64,000 nucleotides of DNA from a virus, in IMG/VR virus record IMGVR_UViG_3300028666_000026, positions 1 to 64,000 of that record. The stretch is one strand, 5' to 3'. Below, piece by piece: positions 48,000-58,700 of the stretch; position 1 is the stretch's first letter; every line of letters starts with the position of its first letter. The translations under genes were made by a program, and so were the position numbers. The notes beneath the pieces are model-generated. The model made no database searches, was not told the origin of the DNA, and was given only the letters and a program-made list of their open reading frames with translations.

Positions 48000-48856
48000 C
48001 CGCCAAGCAACCACCCGCCTTCGGTCCCACGCAGCGCCTACAGCACGAGTATGAGCGCGGTATGCGTGAAGTTGTCAAGCGTATTCTCGCGCCCAAGCTG
48101 CCCAGTCAAACGTTCGATCAGTGGGTGGCCGAGTTAGCCGAGCGCTCGCGCAGGCCGGACGTGCAGTCGGCTTCTGAATTTCTTGCCCGTAAAATGTTCC
48201 AGTGGGCAAACATCACTAATGCTCGCACGTGGCGAGAAGCCGCTAGTAAAAGCCAGCAGTCGCGCAAGCTGTTCAAGCTGCTCACGGCTGAGATGCGGAC
48301 AGCTACGGGCGCGCGTGTTACCGGCCTGGTGCGCGAGAACGCCAAGCTGATCAGCTCGCTGCCCATTGTTGCAGCGCAGACGCTGACGGACGAGATACTC
48401 AAGGCGCAGCAGTCAGGGGCGCGTGCCGACACCTTGGCCAAGATGATGCGTACCCGGTTCCCTGAGTTGATGCGCAGCCGTGTGCACCTTATCGCTAGGA
48501 CGGAAACCGCCAAGGCTAGCACCGCATTGACTGAGGCGCGCTGCGCAGAACTGAGCATCGATTGGTACGTGTGGGAGTCTTCAAAGGATCAACGTACGCG
48601 TAAGAGTCACAAGAATCTGCATGGTGTGCTCATTCCCTGGGCACATGCGCCGTCGCCGGAGGAGCTGGTGAGTTTGCCCAGTTACGGCCACTACCATGCC
48701 GGCACTACGTTCAATTGTCGCTGCACGCAAATTCCGTTGCTTACGTTCCAGGATGTTAGCTGGCCGCACCGTGTATATTGGGGCAACTCAGTAAGCCAGA
48801 TGACACTGCCCGAGTTCAAGCGCATAGCAACCGGCGTCGAGACACGCGCCGCATAA
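47996..48856 (+). CDS. head morphogenesis protein (Mu F / SPP1 gp7 family)
   Basis: ARTETAKA...SIDWYVW...RTRKSHKNLHG ... FNCRCT C-terminus. Confidence 0.8.
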   Translation: MTAKQPPAFGPTQRLQHEYERGMREVVKRILAPKLPSQTFDQWVAELAERSRRPDVQSASEFLARKMFQWANITNARTWREAASKSQQSRKLFKLLTAEMRTATGARVTGLVRENAKLISSLPIVAAQTLTDEILKAQQSGARADTLAKMMRTRFPELMRSRVHLIARTETAKASTALTEARCAELSIDWYVWESSKDQRTRKSHKNLHGVLIPWAHAPSPEELVSLPSYGHYHAGTTFNCRCTQIPLLTFQDVSWPHRVYWGNSVSQMTLPEFKRIATGVETRAA

Positions 48857-48878
48857 TCCATTCTCCAGGGGAGTAGGC

Positions 48879-49502
48879 GTGTTAGATGAACAGCGTGTCA
48901 AGGACATAGTCATGATCGAGGTCGCGAAGCAAATAAAGCCCATCGCCGACGAGGTACGCGCAGCTCGTGAGTGGCAACTGTCTTTCTGGTCTAACGGCAG
49001 TGGGCGACCGCCAGGCTACTTTCAAACTCGTGTTAAAGAAGACGATGCGCGTTACACAGCTTTGGCCACGGAAACGGCCAAGCAGTCTGACTTGTTGGAG
49101 AATCGCTACGAGCAACTAGCCACAGAAACAGTTAATCAGTCAAAGATGCTGGATCAGTTACAGACCGAGACCGCCAAGCAATCTGTAGCGTTGGCCACGG
49201 TTAGTGACTTTGTGAAGACAGCCAATATCAGGCAACTGGAATCTGAGTTTCGTAAGAAGGCTAGTGAAAAGCGTTGGCGCTCCTGGAAGCCCATTCTGGT
49301 TTGGGCTGGTAGCATACTGGGTCCCGCGCTGTTAGGCTTCATCATCTGGTTGGGTCATATCATGGTGCCGATAGTGCACGTTCTCATTGACGACTACTTG
49401 CGCACTCACCCACTAGTTATGGAACGGTTGAAGAACACTTCCAGTGGCCCTTCTGTGGCCACCGACAGTTCAATGGCCGTTGATCAATCCGTCGTAAAGT
49501 AG
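48879..49502 (+). CDS. coiled-coil protein with C-terminal TM anchor
   Basis: TETAKQS heptad-like repeats, hydrophobic ILVWAGSILGPALLGFIIWL. Confidence 0.45.
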   Translation: MLDEQRVKDIVMIEVAKQIKPIADEVRAAREWQLSFWSNGSGRPPGYFQTRVKEDDARYTALATETAKQSDLLENRYEQLATETVNQSKMLDQLQTETAKQSVALATVSDFVKTANIRQLESEFRKKASEKRWRSWKPILVWAGSILGPALLGFIIWLGHIMVPIVHVLIDDYLRTHPLVMERLKNTSSGPSVATDSSMAVDQSVVK

Positions 49503-49630
49503 GAGCAAGCCGTGACCGTCAAGAAGCTGAAAGAAAAGCCTGAGCCGTTCGGTCCGCCACCGCCAGCGCCGCAACCCTGCGTGCCTAAACCCGCCAAGAA
49601 GGCGGCGAAGAAGAAAAGGAGCAGCAAGTA

Positions 49631-49984
49631 ATGATCAACCTCGGACAAATCAACTTCGACAACTCGGGCCTTACGGTCAACACTATACCCAAGGTCACGG
49701 CGACTACCAATACCCAGACACTCAGCCCGTCCAAGCTCACTGACGACGGCACAACGCTGAAGTACAACGGCGTAGCAGTAAGTAATGGCGGTACTGCGCC
49801 CATCGCACCCACCATTATCTACAGCGCTGCTGGTACACCGCTGCCAGCTGCTTCGGCTGGATTGAAGGGCGCGCGTGCCGTGGTCAGCGATGCTACCACG
49901 CCTACATTCCTGGGCGCGTATGTCAGCGGCGGAGCCGTTGTAGCTCCCGTTCTGTGCAATGGTTCGGCATGGGTCACTGCGTAA
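49631..49984 (+). CDS. hypothetical structural protein
   Basis: 117 aa, S/T/A/G-rich. Confidence 0.45.
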   Translation: MINLGQINFDNSGLTVNTIPKVTATTNTQTLSPSKLTDDGTTLKYNGVAVSNGGTAPIAPTIIYSAAGTPLPAASAGLKGARAVVSDATTPTFLGAYVSGGAVVAPVLCNGSAWVTA

Positions 49985-50264
49985 GAAGCAGCTAAGTTGT
50001 ACGGGGCGCAAAGTGCGTATTATTGGTTCTCGTCGGTTGCAAATTCGCACTGGAGACTTGCTGGTTGTCAAGGGTTTTGAACTGCAGGCAGAAGTGCTGG
50101 AGCAGATCATAAACCCAGACAACCGTGTGTTGTGGGCATTTGTTAGAAATGACCACGGCGATTTGCAACCAGTGCCATACGACGAATCTAGAGTTGTGTG
50201 GCTTGCTGACGACGACATCATACGACGCAATGGTGACGAAGTATAAAAAGAGGGAGGGGCGCGA

Positions 50265-52277
50265 ATGGCTCCACGGCCACGCAAGAATTTCACTAAGCGC
50301 ACCCGGCCCACGTTCGGCGAGGCTGCACTAGGGCTGCAAGGCAAGACGCCCTTTGCCATGGGCAAAGACTTTTACACCAATGCGGCAGCACGCATGGGTT
50401 GGGGTACGCCATCGCTTAACGAATCTGGTGGCTACGAGATGGTGAGGTTCAGCTATAACTATTGGGAACTCATCACTCTGTTTCGCAATCACTGGATCAG
50501 CCGACGCATTGTTGAGACACCGGCCATTGACATGGTGCGTGCGTGGCCCAAGCTGACCAGTGATATCGACTCTGAAGACCTGACCAAAATCGACAGAGCC
50601 ATTCGTCGCACCAACACCAAAAACCAAGTGCAGACAGCCATAACCTGGGCGCGGCTGTTCGGCGGCGCTGGTGCATTAATCGTTATCGACGGGCAGGAGC
50701 GTGACCTGGAAGAGCCGTTGGACTTGGATTCTATCCCGCTAGGCGGCTACAAGGGTCTCAGCCCGTTTGATCGCTGGGCCGGGATCATGCCGGAAGGTGA
50801 AATATGCACTGACCCAAGCCGTCCGTTGGACTTCAACAAGCCTGAGCATTACACGGTCACCCCTACTGGCGGTGCTTCGTTCAAGGTGCACAGTAGTCGC
50901 GTTCTGCGGTTCACTGGCCCTGAAGTGCCTACGCCAGAGCGCGAGGCGCAGACGTGGTGGGGCATTTCGGTGCTGGAGCCCATCTACGAGGACATTCGCA
51001 AGTACGACTCTATGTCGTTCAACATTTTGTCGTTGACATATAGAGCCAACATTCTCGGCATGAAGTTCCCTGATCTTGCTTCGCTGCTTTCCGGACTAGG
51101 GTCTAGCCAGAAGGCGTCGCAAGGCTTCGAACAGCGTATGTACAACATCAATCATCTTATCAGCAATCAATCTTTGGTTCCGTTGCCGGCTGATGGCGGT
51201 ATTGAGTCCACGCAGTATTCGTTCGGCGGGTTGGCCGAGGTATTCCAGCTATTCCAGTTGGCGCTGAGCGGCGGCTCGCAGATTCCTGTTACACGCTTGT
51301 GGGGCCGTACATACACAGGTCTGGGCGCGGCGCGCGAACAGGACGAAATGCTGTACGAGGAAAAGATTGCCTCTGACCAAACTCAAGGCATGATACCGCA
51401 GTTAGAGAAGTTGTATCCTGTCATTTGCATGTCAGAGTTGGGCGAAGTGCCTGACGACCTTGATCTTCTCTGCCCTTCCATTCGTGTATTGGATGAGAAG
51501 GAAAAGGGTGAGATGGCCAAGAACATCGTGGACGTCAGCACTGTACTTCTCAACAGCGGCATCATGTCGCCGCGCATCGTAGCTCAAGAAGTGAAGCAGT
51601 CCAGCGACATCACCGGCTTCGGCACTAACTTGACCGACGAGTTCATCGAAACGCTCAGCGATAAGGTGCAGAGCGAAGGCGAAATGGGCGAAGGCATGTT
51701 CGGCGCTGAAGAAGGCGAACCTAACCTGTCGCCAGCTGCCAGTCCGCAGAAAGTGCTGCGCGAAGTAGGCAAGGAGAAGAAGGAAGAAGAGCCCGAGTCG
51801 AAACCTGACAAGGCCAAGGCGGCGGACTCCGACGGTCCAGGACACACTGTCAAGGTGCACGGACTTACTGCCGTGATTGAGACGCCCAAGGGTTACAGTC
51901 GTCATGGCAAGACGCCGGATGGGAAGTCGTGGCACCAGGTTATGCCGTATCACTACGGCTACCTTCGTGGCATTGAGGGCGCAGACGGTGACAGCCTAGA
52001 CGTTGCGCTGGGCGATGATCCTTCTTCTGACTGGGTGTACGTGTTCGACCAAGCGCACCTGCCGGGCGGTAAGAAGAGTGGCTTTGACGAGTCCAAGGTA
52101 TTCGCTAACTTCTCGAGTCAGGGTGACGCACTGCGCGCTTTCAAGGCAGGGCATCACCAGGCTGAGCGAGTATTTATGGACTTCACGCCAATGCAGGCCA
52201 CTGACTTCAAGGCTTGGCTGGCTTCGGCTGACCTGCACAAGCCCTGTGGCATGGGTGGTGGGAGTTTGCCGGTATGA
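50265..52277 (+). CDS. portal protein with C-terminal extension
   Basis: N-terminal 480 aa portal-like (NAAARMGWG...YNYW..L..NHWISRRIV); acidic linker; C-terminal ~170 aa extra domain. Confidence 0.6.
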   Translation: MAPRPRKNFTKRTRPTFGEAALGLQGKTPFAMGKDFYTNAAARMGWGTPSLNESGGYEMVRFSYNYWELITLFRNHWISRRIVETPAIDMVRAWPKLTSDIDSEDLTKIDRAIRRTNTKNQVQTAITWARLFGGAGALIVIDGQERDLEEPLDLDSIPLGGYKGLSPFDRWAGIMPEGEICTDPSRPLDFNKPEHYTVTPTGGASFKVHSSRVLRFTGPEVPTPEREAQTWWGISVLEPIYEDIRKYDSMSFNILSLTYRANILGMKFPDLASLLSGLGSSQKASQGFEQRMYNINHLISNQSLVPLPADGGIESTQYSFGGLAEVFQLFQLALSGGSQIPVTRLWGRTYTGLGAAREQDEMLYEEKIASDQTQGMIPQLEKLYPVICMSELGEVPDDLDLLCPSIRVLDEKEKGEMAKNIVDVSTVLLNSGIMSPRIVAQEVKQSSDITGFGTNLTDEFIETLSDKVQSEGEMGEGMFGAEEGEPNLSPAASPQKVLREVGKEKKEEEPESKPDKAKAADSDGPGHTVKVHGLTAVIETPKGYSRHGKTPDGKSWHQVMPYHYGYLRGIEGADGDSLDVALGDDPSSDWVYVFDQAHLPGGKKSGFDESKVFANFSSQGDALRAFKAGHHQAERVFMDFTPMQATDFKAWLASADLHKPCGMGGGSLPV

Positions 52278-52996
52278 TCAAGGTCGGCTCGCACGTCAGA
52301 GTCAAGAAGTCGGGCAAAGCATACGTCGTAGTGTCGATCATCAAGGACGGCGTACTGCTGTGGTGTAGCTCCTCGCGCACTAACATTGTGCACACGTTTG
52401 AAGAAGTGGAGGAGCCGAAAGCCAGCGGCACACGCCCACTACCACGCACTGTAATGTCCAGCGTAGTTATCAGACCGCAGCGTTTTGGCGGCGGACATCT
52501 ACGCGGCGGCTTGGGCTCCGGTCCAACTACACAAGTGGAATTGAGTAACCAGGTGCAGGGCGTTCTGCATCCTGTCAATCTGCCACCAACTACTGACGCA
52601 GCCTTGGGCGGCGCGCAAGTTGACGGTGTAACCATTCAGGCTTCGCCCAGCGGCGTTATCAGCACGGCGGCGTTGACGCTCACCACAGGCGGCACCATCA
52701 TATCGCCCGTTGTGCCCATCAACGTTGTAGTGTGGCGAGCTCCATTCGCAGCCACAGTGACTAACGTGCTGGGTTACGTGGGCGGCGCAAGCGGGTCCGT
52801 GATCAATGCGCGCAAGAATGGCGCTTTGAAATTACTCGCCAGTGATTTGCTACTGACTTCGGCCAACACTTGGATGGACGGCGGTGCGGTGCAGAATGTC
52901 AACATGGTAGCTGGCGACAGTCTGGAAATTATGGTGATAAGTCTCGGCGGCTTCCCTACGGAGATTGCCGTCGAAGTTCAATGTTTGCGAGGATAA
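52274..52996 (+). CDS. hypothetical structural protein
   Basis: 240 aa, ATGA coupling to portal. Confidence 0.45.
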   Translation: MIKVGSHVRVKKSGKAYVVVSIIKDGVLLWCSSSRTNIVHTFEEVEEPKASGTRPLPRTVMSSVVIRPQRFGGGHLRGGLGSGPTTQVELSNQVQGVLHPVNLPPTTDAALGGAQVDGVTIQASPSGVISTAALTLTTGGTIISPVVPINVVVWRAPFAATVTNVLGYVGGASGSVINARKNGALKLLASDLLLTSANTWMDGGAVQNVNMVAGDSLEIMVISLGGFPTEIAVEVQCLRG

Positions 52997-52999
52997 CGC

Positions 53000-53384
53000 T
53001 GTGAGCACAATTCTGACACCAGCAGCAGTACAAGCCGACTTGCTGCCAGACTCCAGAGCAGTCAATCCCAGGGCTGTAAAGCGCATGGTCATCAATGGCG
53101 TAGTAGCCAATTGGATGCCCATTTTCTGTGCTAACTGCGGCGCGGACGGCGGACATGTGCCAGAAGATAACTGCACATTCGCCTTTTACCTTTGTAATTC
53201 GTGCACGGAGAAGTGGGGCGCAATTGCCGGCACTTACTGCGTGCCAGACGACGTGTTCTGGGCCAGGTTACGTGAGGCTCAGCAGGAGAAGTACGGTCGC
53301 CAGCTCGGTACTTTCGAATTGTCGGAGGTAGCGAAAGACAACCATAACCCGATTGCGAAGCTGATTCGCGACGGCGCAGCGTAA
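53000..53384 (+). CDS. hypothetical Cys-rich protein
   Basis: GTG start after GAGGA; CANCG...C..FYLCNSC. Confidence 0.35.
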
Positions 53385-53396
53385 AGGAGAGATCGA

Positions 53397-53897
53397 ATGT
53401 TTGTCTACTCAGACGTTCCGGCGGCGACTGAATCGCTGACCACTAACACCTTCATGTACACCACCAGTTCTACTGGTGGCAATCTTACGGACGCCATGCG
53501 CTTCCTGACAGGCTCCACGCGTCAGGCTAGCATCCAGGCTATGTATCTCACGGGTCGCGGTGCCGGTTTGACGGCCATCAGCGGCATCAGCGCACGCATC
53601 ATCAGGCTGCAGACCGCCAGCACCACCGGCACTGCCGCCACGCCGCGTCCTCGTGACCTCACGGCACCGGCTTCTACTGTTACCATTTCCAGCTTACCCA
53701 CCATTGGGTCCGGCACGGTTTCTGTGCAGGTCGCAGTCGGCTGCGGCGCGGCTGGTCCTGGTGGTTGGGTTGCGCCTAACCCGGACAGCGTGATTGCGCT
53801 TTCGGCCAACGGCGGCATCAACGGAAACGCCGACTTGATTCTTGGGTCCAACACCGTGTCGCTCAACGTCGACGTCGACGTGGAGCACTTCGAGTAG
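53397..53897 (+). CDS. hypothetical structural protein
   Basis: 166 aa, T/S/G-rich. Confidence 0.45.
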   Translation: MFVYSDVPAATESLTTNTFMYTTSSTGGNLTDAMRFLTGSTRQASIQAMYLTGRGAGLTAISGISARIIRLQTASTTGTAATPRPRDLTAPASTVTISSLPTIGSGTVSVQVAVGCGAAGPGGWVAPNPDSVIALSANGGINGNADLILGSNTVSLNVDVDVEHFE

Positions 53898-54133
53898 TAA
53901 GTTAGGTCACTAACAGCCCTGCGCCGTGGCTTGGTAACGGCGCAACCCTTCGCTGCAAGGAGCGAACACCAAATGAGCAAGAGCACACGTACTAAAAATG
54001 AAGTGGAGCGTCTACTTCTTACTGCTCACACGCGACTGGCTGACAATTCGCGTAATCATGGTTTACAGTCTCTAGGTAGTCAACAATTGATGCTTGGTAA
54101 TGGTCGTCGCGTAGTTATCAAGGCGGTGACCAA

Positions 54134-55003
54134 ATGACCATTGCAAGTACAGCCGATTGGCCTGAAGTAAAGATGGATGTAGAGAAAATCCGTAAGGATC
54201 GTAGCTTGATGATAGCCACGCCTGCTTACGGTGGAAACATGCACGTCAACTACAGCTTGTCAGTGTGGGGTTTGGAAACGCTGCTGATGCACTGCGGCAT
54301 CGCACACAACCACATTGTCACGTACAACGATCCGTATGTCAGCTTCGCGCGCAATCGGCTAGTGCAGTTATTTCTGGAGAGTCCATACACGGACCTGCTA
54401 TTCATCGATGCAGACGTAGAGTTCAATCCGGTGGACGCGCTTGGGCTGATGCACTTTGACAAGGACGTTATTGGCGGCACGTACCCGCGCAAAGAGATAG
54501 ACTGGGCCACAGCCAAGCGTATCGCGCTGGAGAATCCTGACATTGACCCGGCTGACCTGGGTGTAGCGGCTGGAGTATTCACTACTGGCTCTATTGCTGA
54601 GAGTATGAAGCCCATGATCCCAACCAAAACGCAGGAACTGGCCACTGGGTTCATGCTCATCAAGCGCACTACGTTCGAGAAGGTTGCGCCATTCTGCCAG
54701 CGTTACAAGGCCATGTCGCTGGATCGCGCTAAGGATGGACAGCCATCTGCCACTGGTGTTAACGGCGATTGGATTACTGACTTCTTTCCGTCGGGTGTTA
54801 TCGGCGACGAGTGGGTTGGTGACGACTTCCAGTTCTGCCGCAAGGTTACACAGGCCGGATTGGACATTCATGTGTGTGGTTGGATGCAGATAGCACACCA
54901 TGGCACGCACCGCTTTCCAGGCAATATGCACATGGCTTGGCAGTATCGCCACAAGAATGAAATTGAGGCGGTGGCGGCGGAGAAGCTGACGGCAGAGGTG
55001 TAG
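54134..55003 (+). CDS. putative glycosyltransferase (DxD)
   Basis: MIATPAYGG ... LLFIDADVEF DxD-type motif. Confidence 0.45.
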   Translation: MTIASTADWPEVKMDVEKIRKDRSLMIATPAYGGNMHVNYSLSVWGLETLLMHCGIAHNHIVTYNDPYVSFARNRLVQLFLESPYTDLLFIDADVEFNPVDALGLMHFDKDVIGGTYPRKEIDWATAKRIALENPDIDPADLGVAAGVFTTGSIAESMKPMIPTKTQELATGFMLIKRTTFEKVAPFCQRYKAMSLDRAKDGQPSATGVNGDWITDFFPSGVIGDEWVGDDFQFCRKVTQAGLDIHVCGWMQIAHHGTHRFPGNMHMAWQYRHKNEIEAVAAEKLTAEV

Positions 55004-55006
55004 CAA

Positions 55007-55693
55007 ATGGGTATCTGGACGCACAGGCAGGGGATACAAGTATCAGGCGCATCCCCGCTCACCGTAACATTGCCCCTGGGCAACCCTCTTCTTGGCAGCA
55101 CTGTGGTTCTAGGGGCAATATTCGGTGCTATATCTGGTCTTTCCTTTCAGGATGCTAATAGCAACCCTTACACACTCACACCTCTGTCGCCCTTTACTGG
55201 TGCAAACGGCAACTGCGCCATAGCTTACCTGTTGTCTGCGCCTGCCAATGCAACTGCCGCGATAACGGCAACATGGACTGGCGGCGGTACCATAGTTTTG
55301 TTTGCCGATGAGTTTTTCCTGAGCGGCGGTACGGTTTCTTTCGACGGGGATGTGGCACTCTTCAATGGAACCTGTGTCAGCTTCACGGCAAACGCGCCAT
55401 CAATCAGTCCGGGCGCGTCTAGCGATCTATGCTACGCAGTAGCAACTGCTGGCGATGTTTTTACGAATCCAACCGTAGGACAGGCTCAGGGCGGCTGGAT
55501 TGGTTCCGCCGTCTCGGGCAATGGCGACTGCGCAGAGTATGCTTTGAACGTAAGTTCACCGCTGGCGCTGAACATGACCGACAGGACCAGCGGTGACACG
55601 TTTTCAGCGTTGATACTCGCACTAAAAGCACCCAATCCGAACTACGCCATTGAAGATTACGGACAGATGATTTCATTTGGAACACGGAGGTAG
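55007..55693 (+). CDS. hypothetical structural protein (fibre-like, G/S/T/A-rich)
   Basis: 228 aa; composition like N-domain of next gene. Confidence 0.45.
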   Translation: MGIWTHRQGIQVSGASPLTVTLPLGNPLLGSTVVLGAIFGAISGLSFQDANSNPYTLTPLSPFTGANGNCAIAYLLSAPANATAAITATWTGGGTIVLFADEFFLSGGTVSFDGDVALFNGTCVSFTANAPSISPGASSDLCYAVATAGDVFTNPTVGQAQGGWIGSAVSGNGDCAEYALNVSSPLALNMTDRTSGDTFSALILALKAPNPNYAIEDYGQMISFGTRR

Positions 55694-55714
55694 AAGTAAA
55701 GGAGGACGTGCCAG

Positions 55715-58700
55715 ATGGCAATTGCTTTTGTAGGCAGCGCGTTCTCCACTGGCAGCACCACGGCTGGTACCAGCAAGACAATCACATACAGTCCAGCCGC
55801 CAACAACACCCTTGTAGTATTCGGATTTGCTGCTGGCGCAGCAGTCACTAACGTCACCGACTCAGCTGGAAACAAGTATTATCAACGATCGAATCCGGCC
55901 ACTAACACCACTGAGGCCATGTGCTGGAGCACCAACGCTGGAGCGTCAATAGCCGGCACTAGCATAACCATAACGGTCACGTTCGGCTCGTCGGTACGTA
56001 ATACTTGTGTCATTGTTGAGTACTCGGGTGTCACCGGCATTGGAAAAGCCAACACCTCCACCGGCACTAATGCTGGACCCACCATAGCGTTGGGCATACA
56101 GAACGCCAACAACGTATTGGTGGCTGGACTTTCTGTAGAGAGTACTTCAACGTACTCGTTAACTACTGGAACAGCGCTGCGTACCAGTCAAGCTGGCGCT
56201 GGAGCTACCACGCCCGGTGGTTGCGTAATAGATAACACTAATGCTTCAGCAAATACCAGTGTTACATGCACAGCAGCCATCACTAGTGGTGCGTGGGCTG
56301 GTGCGGCGCTGGAGCTGACTACCGTCCAGGCTGCCATCGATAACGGTACTGACGACAACTGGTGGGGCGCTGTAAGGCTGCCATTAAGCAAGGCACTGGC
56401 GGCATCCATCACTGCCGTCTCGCTGCTCGGTTTCCCTTTACAGGGCGCAGCCGCTAAACTTGTCACGGACGAGGACCACTGGCAGAACCGTGTAGCGCCT
56501 GTCCCGCTTACACTGGCTTATCCGCAGCAGTTTTTATTTGACAGCGGAGATATTCCCACTGTCAGTGCGTTTCAGCCTGGCGAGGATTATTGGTCTGTAC
56601 AGTTTCAGTATGCAAATCAGCCTAGTGTAGTTCTAGGATTTCCTGCTCAGGGCGCTGCCGCTGCGCTTGTTACTGACGAAGATGACTGGGAGAATCCAGC
56701 ACCTCCACCGTCGCCGCCGACTAATTTTGTATACATTCCCGTAGACGGGGATTTCGCGCCATTCATCGTCGCCTTTACACCAGACGAGGATATCTACCAA
56801 AGCCAGGTAGCACCTATTGTGTCATCAATGGGTGCTTTGTACTGGTATGACCAGGCCGGTCTAGGCTTCACCACGCTGGAAGAGGACTTTTGGTTAGGCC
56901 CTCCTCCGCCGGTTACACCGTGGTCAGCAAATGCGTTGTACTGGTTTGACACTGGTGGTCTAGACTTCACCACGCTGGACGATGACTATTGGCTGAATCA
57001 AACGTCGCCCACGCAACTGACACTGGGATACCCGTCGCCATGGTTCGACCAAGGCGACATTGACTTCACTCAGCAAGACGAAGAGCTGTGGCAGAATCAA
57101 GTTGTACCGCAGCAGTTAGCATTTCAGTACCCAGCACCATGGCAGTTTGAGCAGGACGAACCTAGCACGCTTAGTGGTCAGCCTGACGAGGATTTCTGGT
57201 CTGTATATGCACCAGCTTGGCTCACTACGCCGCCGTTACAGGCTGTACGTGACGACGAAGTATGGACTACGCAGATTGTTGAGGAAGAACTGTGGCGCGG
57301 TGGTTTGCCGACGCAGCTCGCACTCAACTACCTGGCTCCTTGGTTCGACCAGGGCGACGTTGACTTCACGCAGCAAGATGAGGAGTTTTGGCAGAATCAA
57401 GCTGCACCTGCGCAGTTAGTATTTCAGTATCCTGCGCCGTGGCAGTTTGAGCAGCATGAACCTGGTACACTTAGTGGACAACCTGACGAGGACTTCTGGC
57501 AGAACTATGTAGCACCTGTGCAGTTGGTGTTGCAGTGGCCGCAGCCATACATCTTCGATCAGGATGAGCAAGACTTCGGGCTACATGGACAGCCGGACGA
57601 GGACTTCTGGGTAAATGGCGTAGCACCTACGCAGTTAGTATTCCAATACCCAGCGCCTTGGCAGTTCGAGCAGAATGATCCGTCTACACTTAGTGGTCAA
57701 CCTGATGAAGATTTCTGGATAAGCAATTTAGCGCCTGTCCAGGCCGCGTTCGGTTATCTGTCTCCATGGCTTGATCAGGGCGACGTTGACTTCACGCAGC
57801 AAGATGAAGAGCTGTGGCAGAATAGAGTACCTGCACAGCAACTTACATTGGCCTATCCAGCGCCTTGGTTCGATCAAGGCGACGTAGATTTCGTACAACA
57901 AGACGAAGACTTCTGGGTCAGCAGCATAACGCCTATACAGTTGGCGTTCCAGTATCTTGCTCCATGGCAATTCGAGCAGGACGATCCTTCGACACTGAGT
58001 GGTCAACCTGACGAAGACCTATGGATAAACAGCGTTGTACCTGTGCAGCTTACGCTGCGCTACCCGACGCCTTGGCAGTTTGAACAAAACGAGCAGGCAA
58101 CACTTGCCGGCCAGCCGGACGAAGACTTCTGGCTGAACTTCGTCGCGCCGGTTCAAGCCACGCTTGTCTACCCGGCACCATGGCAGTTTGATCAGGATGA
58201 ATCGCCCACGCTGGAAGGTCAGCTGGACGAAGACTTCTGGGTAAATCGCGTACAGCCGCAGCAGCTAGCGTTCCAGTGGCTGCAGTTTACAGAGCAAGCT
58301 GAGTTGTGCTTTGCCACTGTCGATGATGACTTCTGGCAAAACACAGTACTGCCGACACAGCTAGCATTCGTCTATCCAGCACCGTGGCAGTTCGATCCGC
58401 AAGACACGGCGGTATTGAGCGGCCAACCTGACGAAGACTTCTGGGTCAGCGGTGTAGCACCAACGCAGCTGGCTTTTGCATATCCAGCACCGTGGCAATT
58501 CGAGCAGCACGATCCTGCAGGATCGCTAGTCGGCACGCTTGAAGAGGAGTTTTGGCGTAACGCTGTAGCACCTGTACAGGCATTGCTGGGGCCGTTATAT
58601 CTACCGGAACCGGAAGAGTTACCGGCTGGCCTCTTGCATTCTCCAGAGGAAGATTTCTGGGAGAATCAAGTGGCTCCAATTCAGCTTGCCTTCCAGTGGC

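Noticed and set aside
49484-50365. 293-aa minus-strand ORF spanning 49484..50365
   Set aside because: It overlaps three plus-strand structural genes and the portal start. The region is otherwise uniformly plus-strand, and the translation is Ser/Cys/Arg-rich noise.
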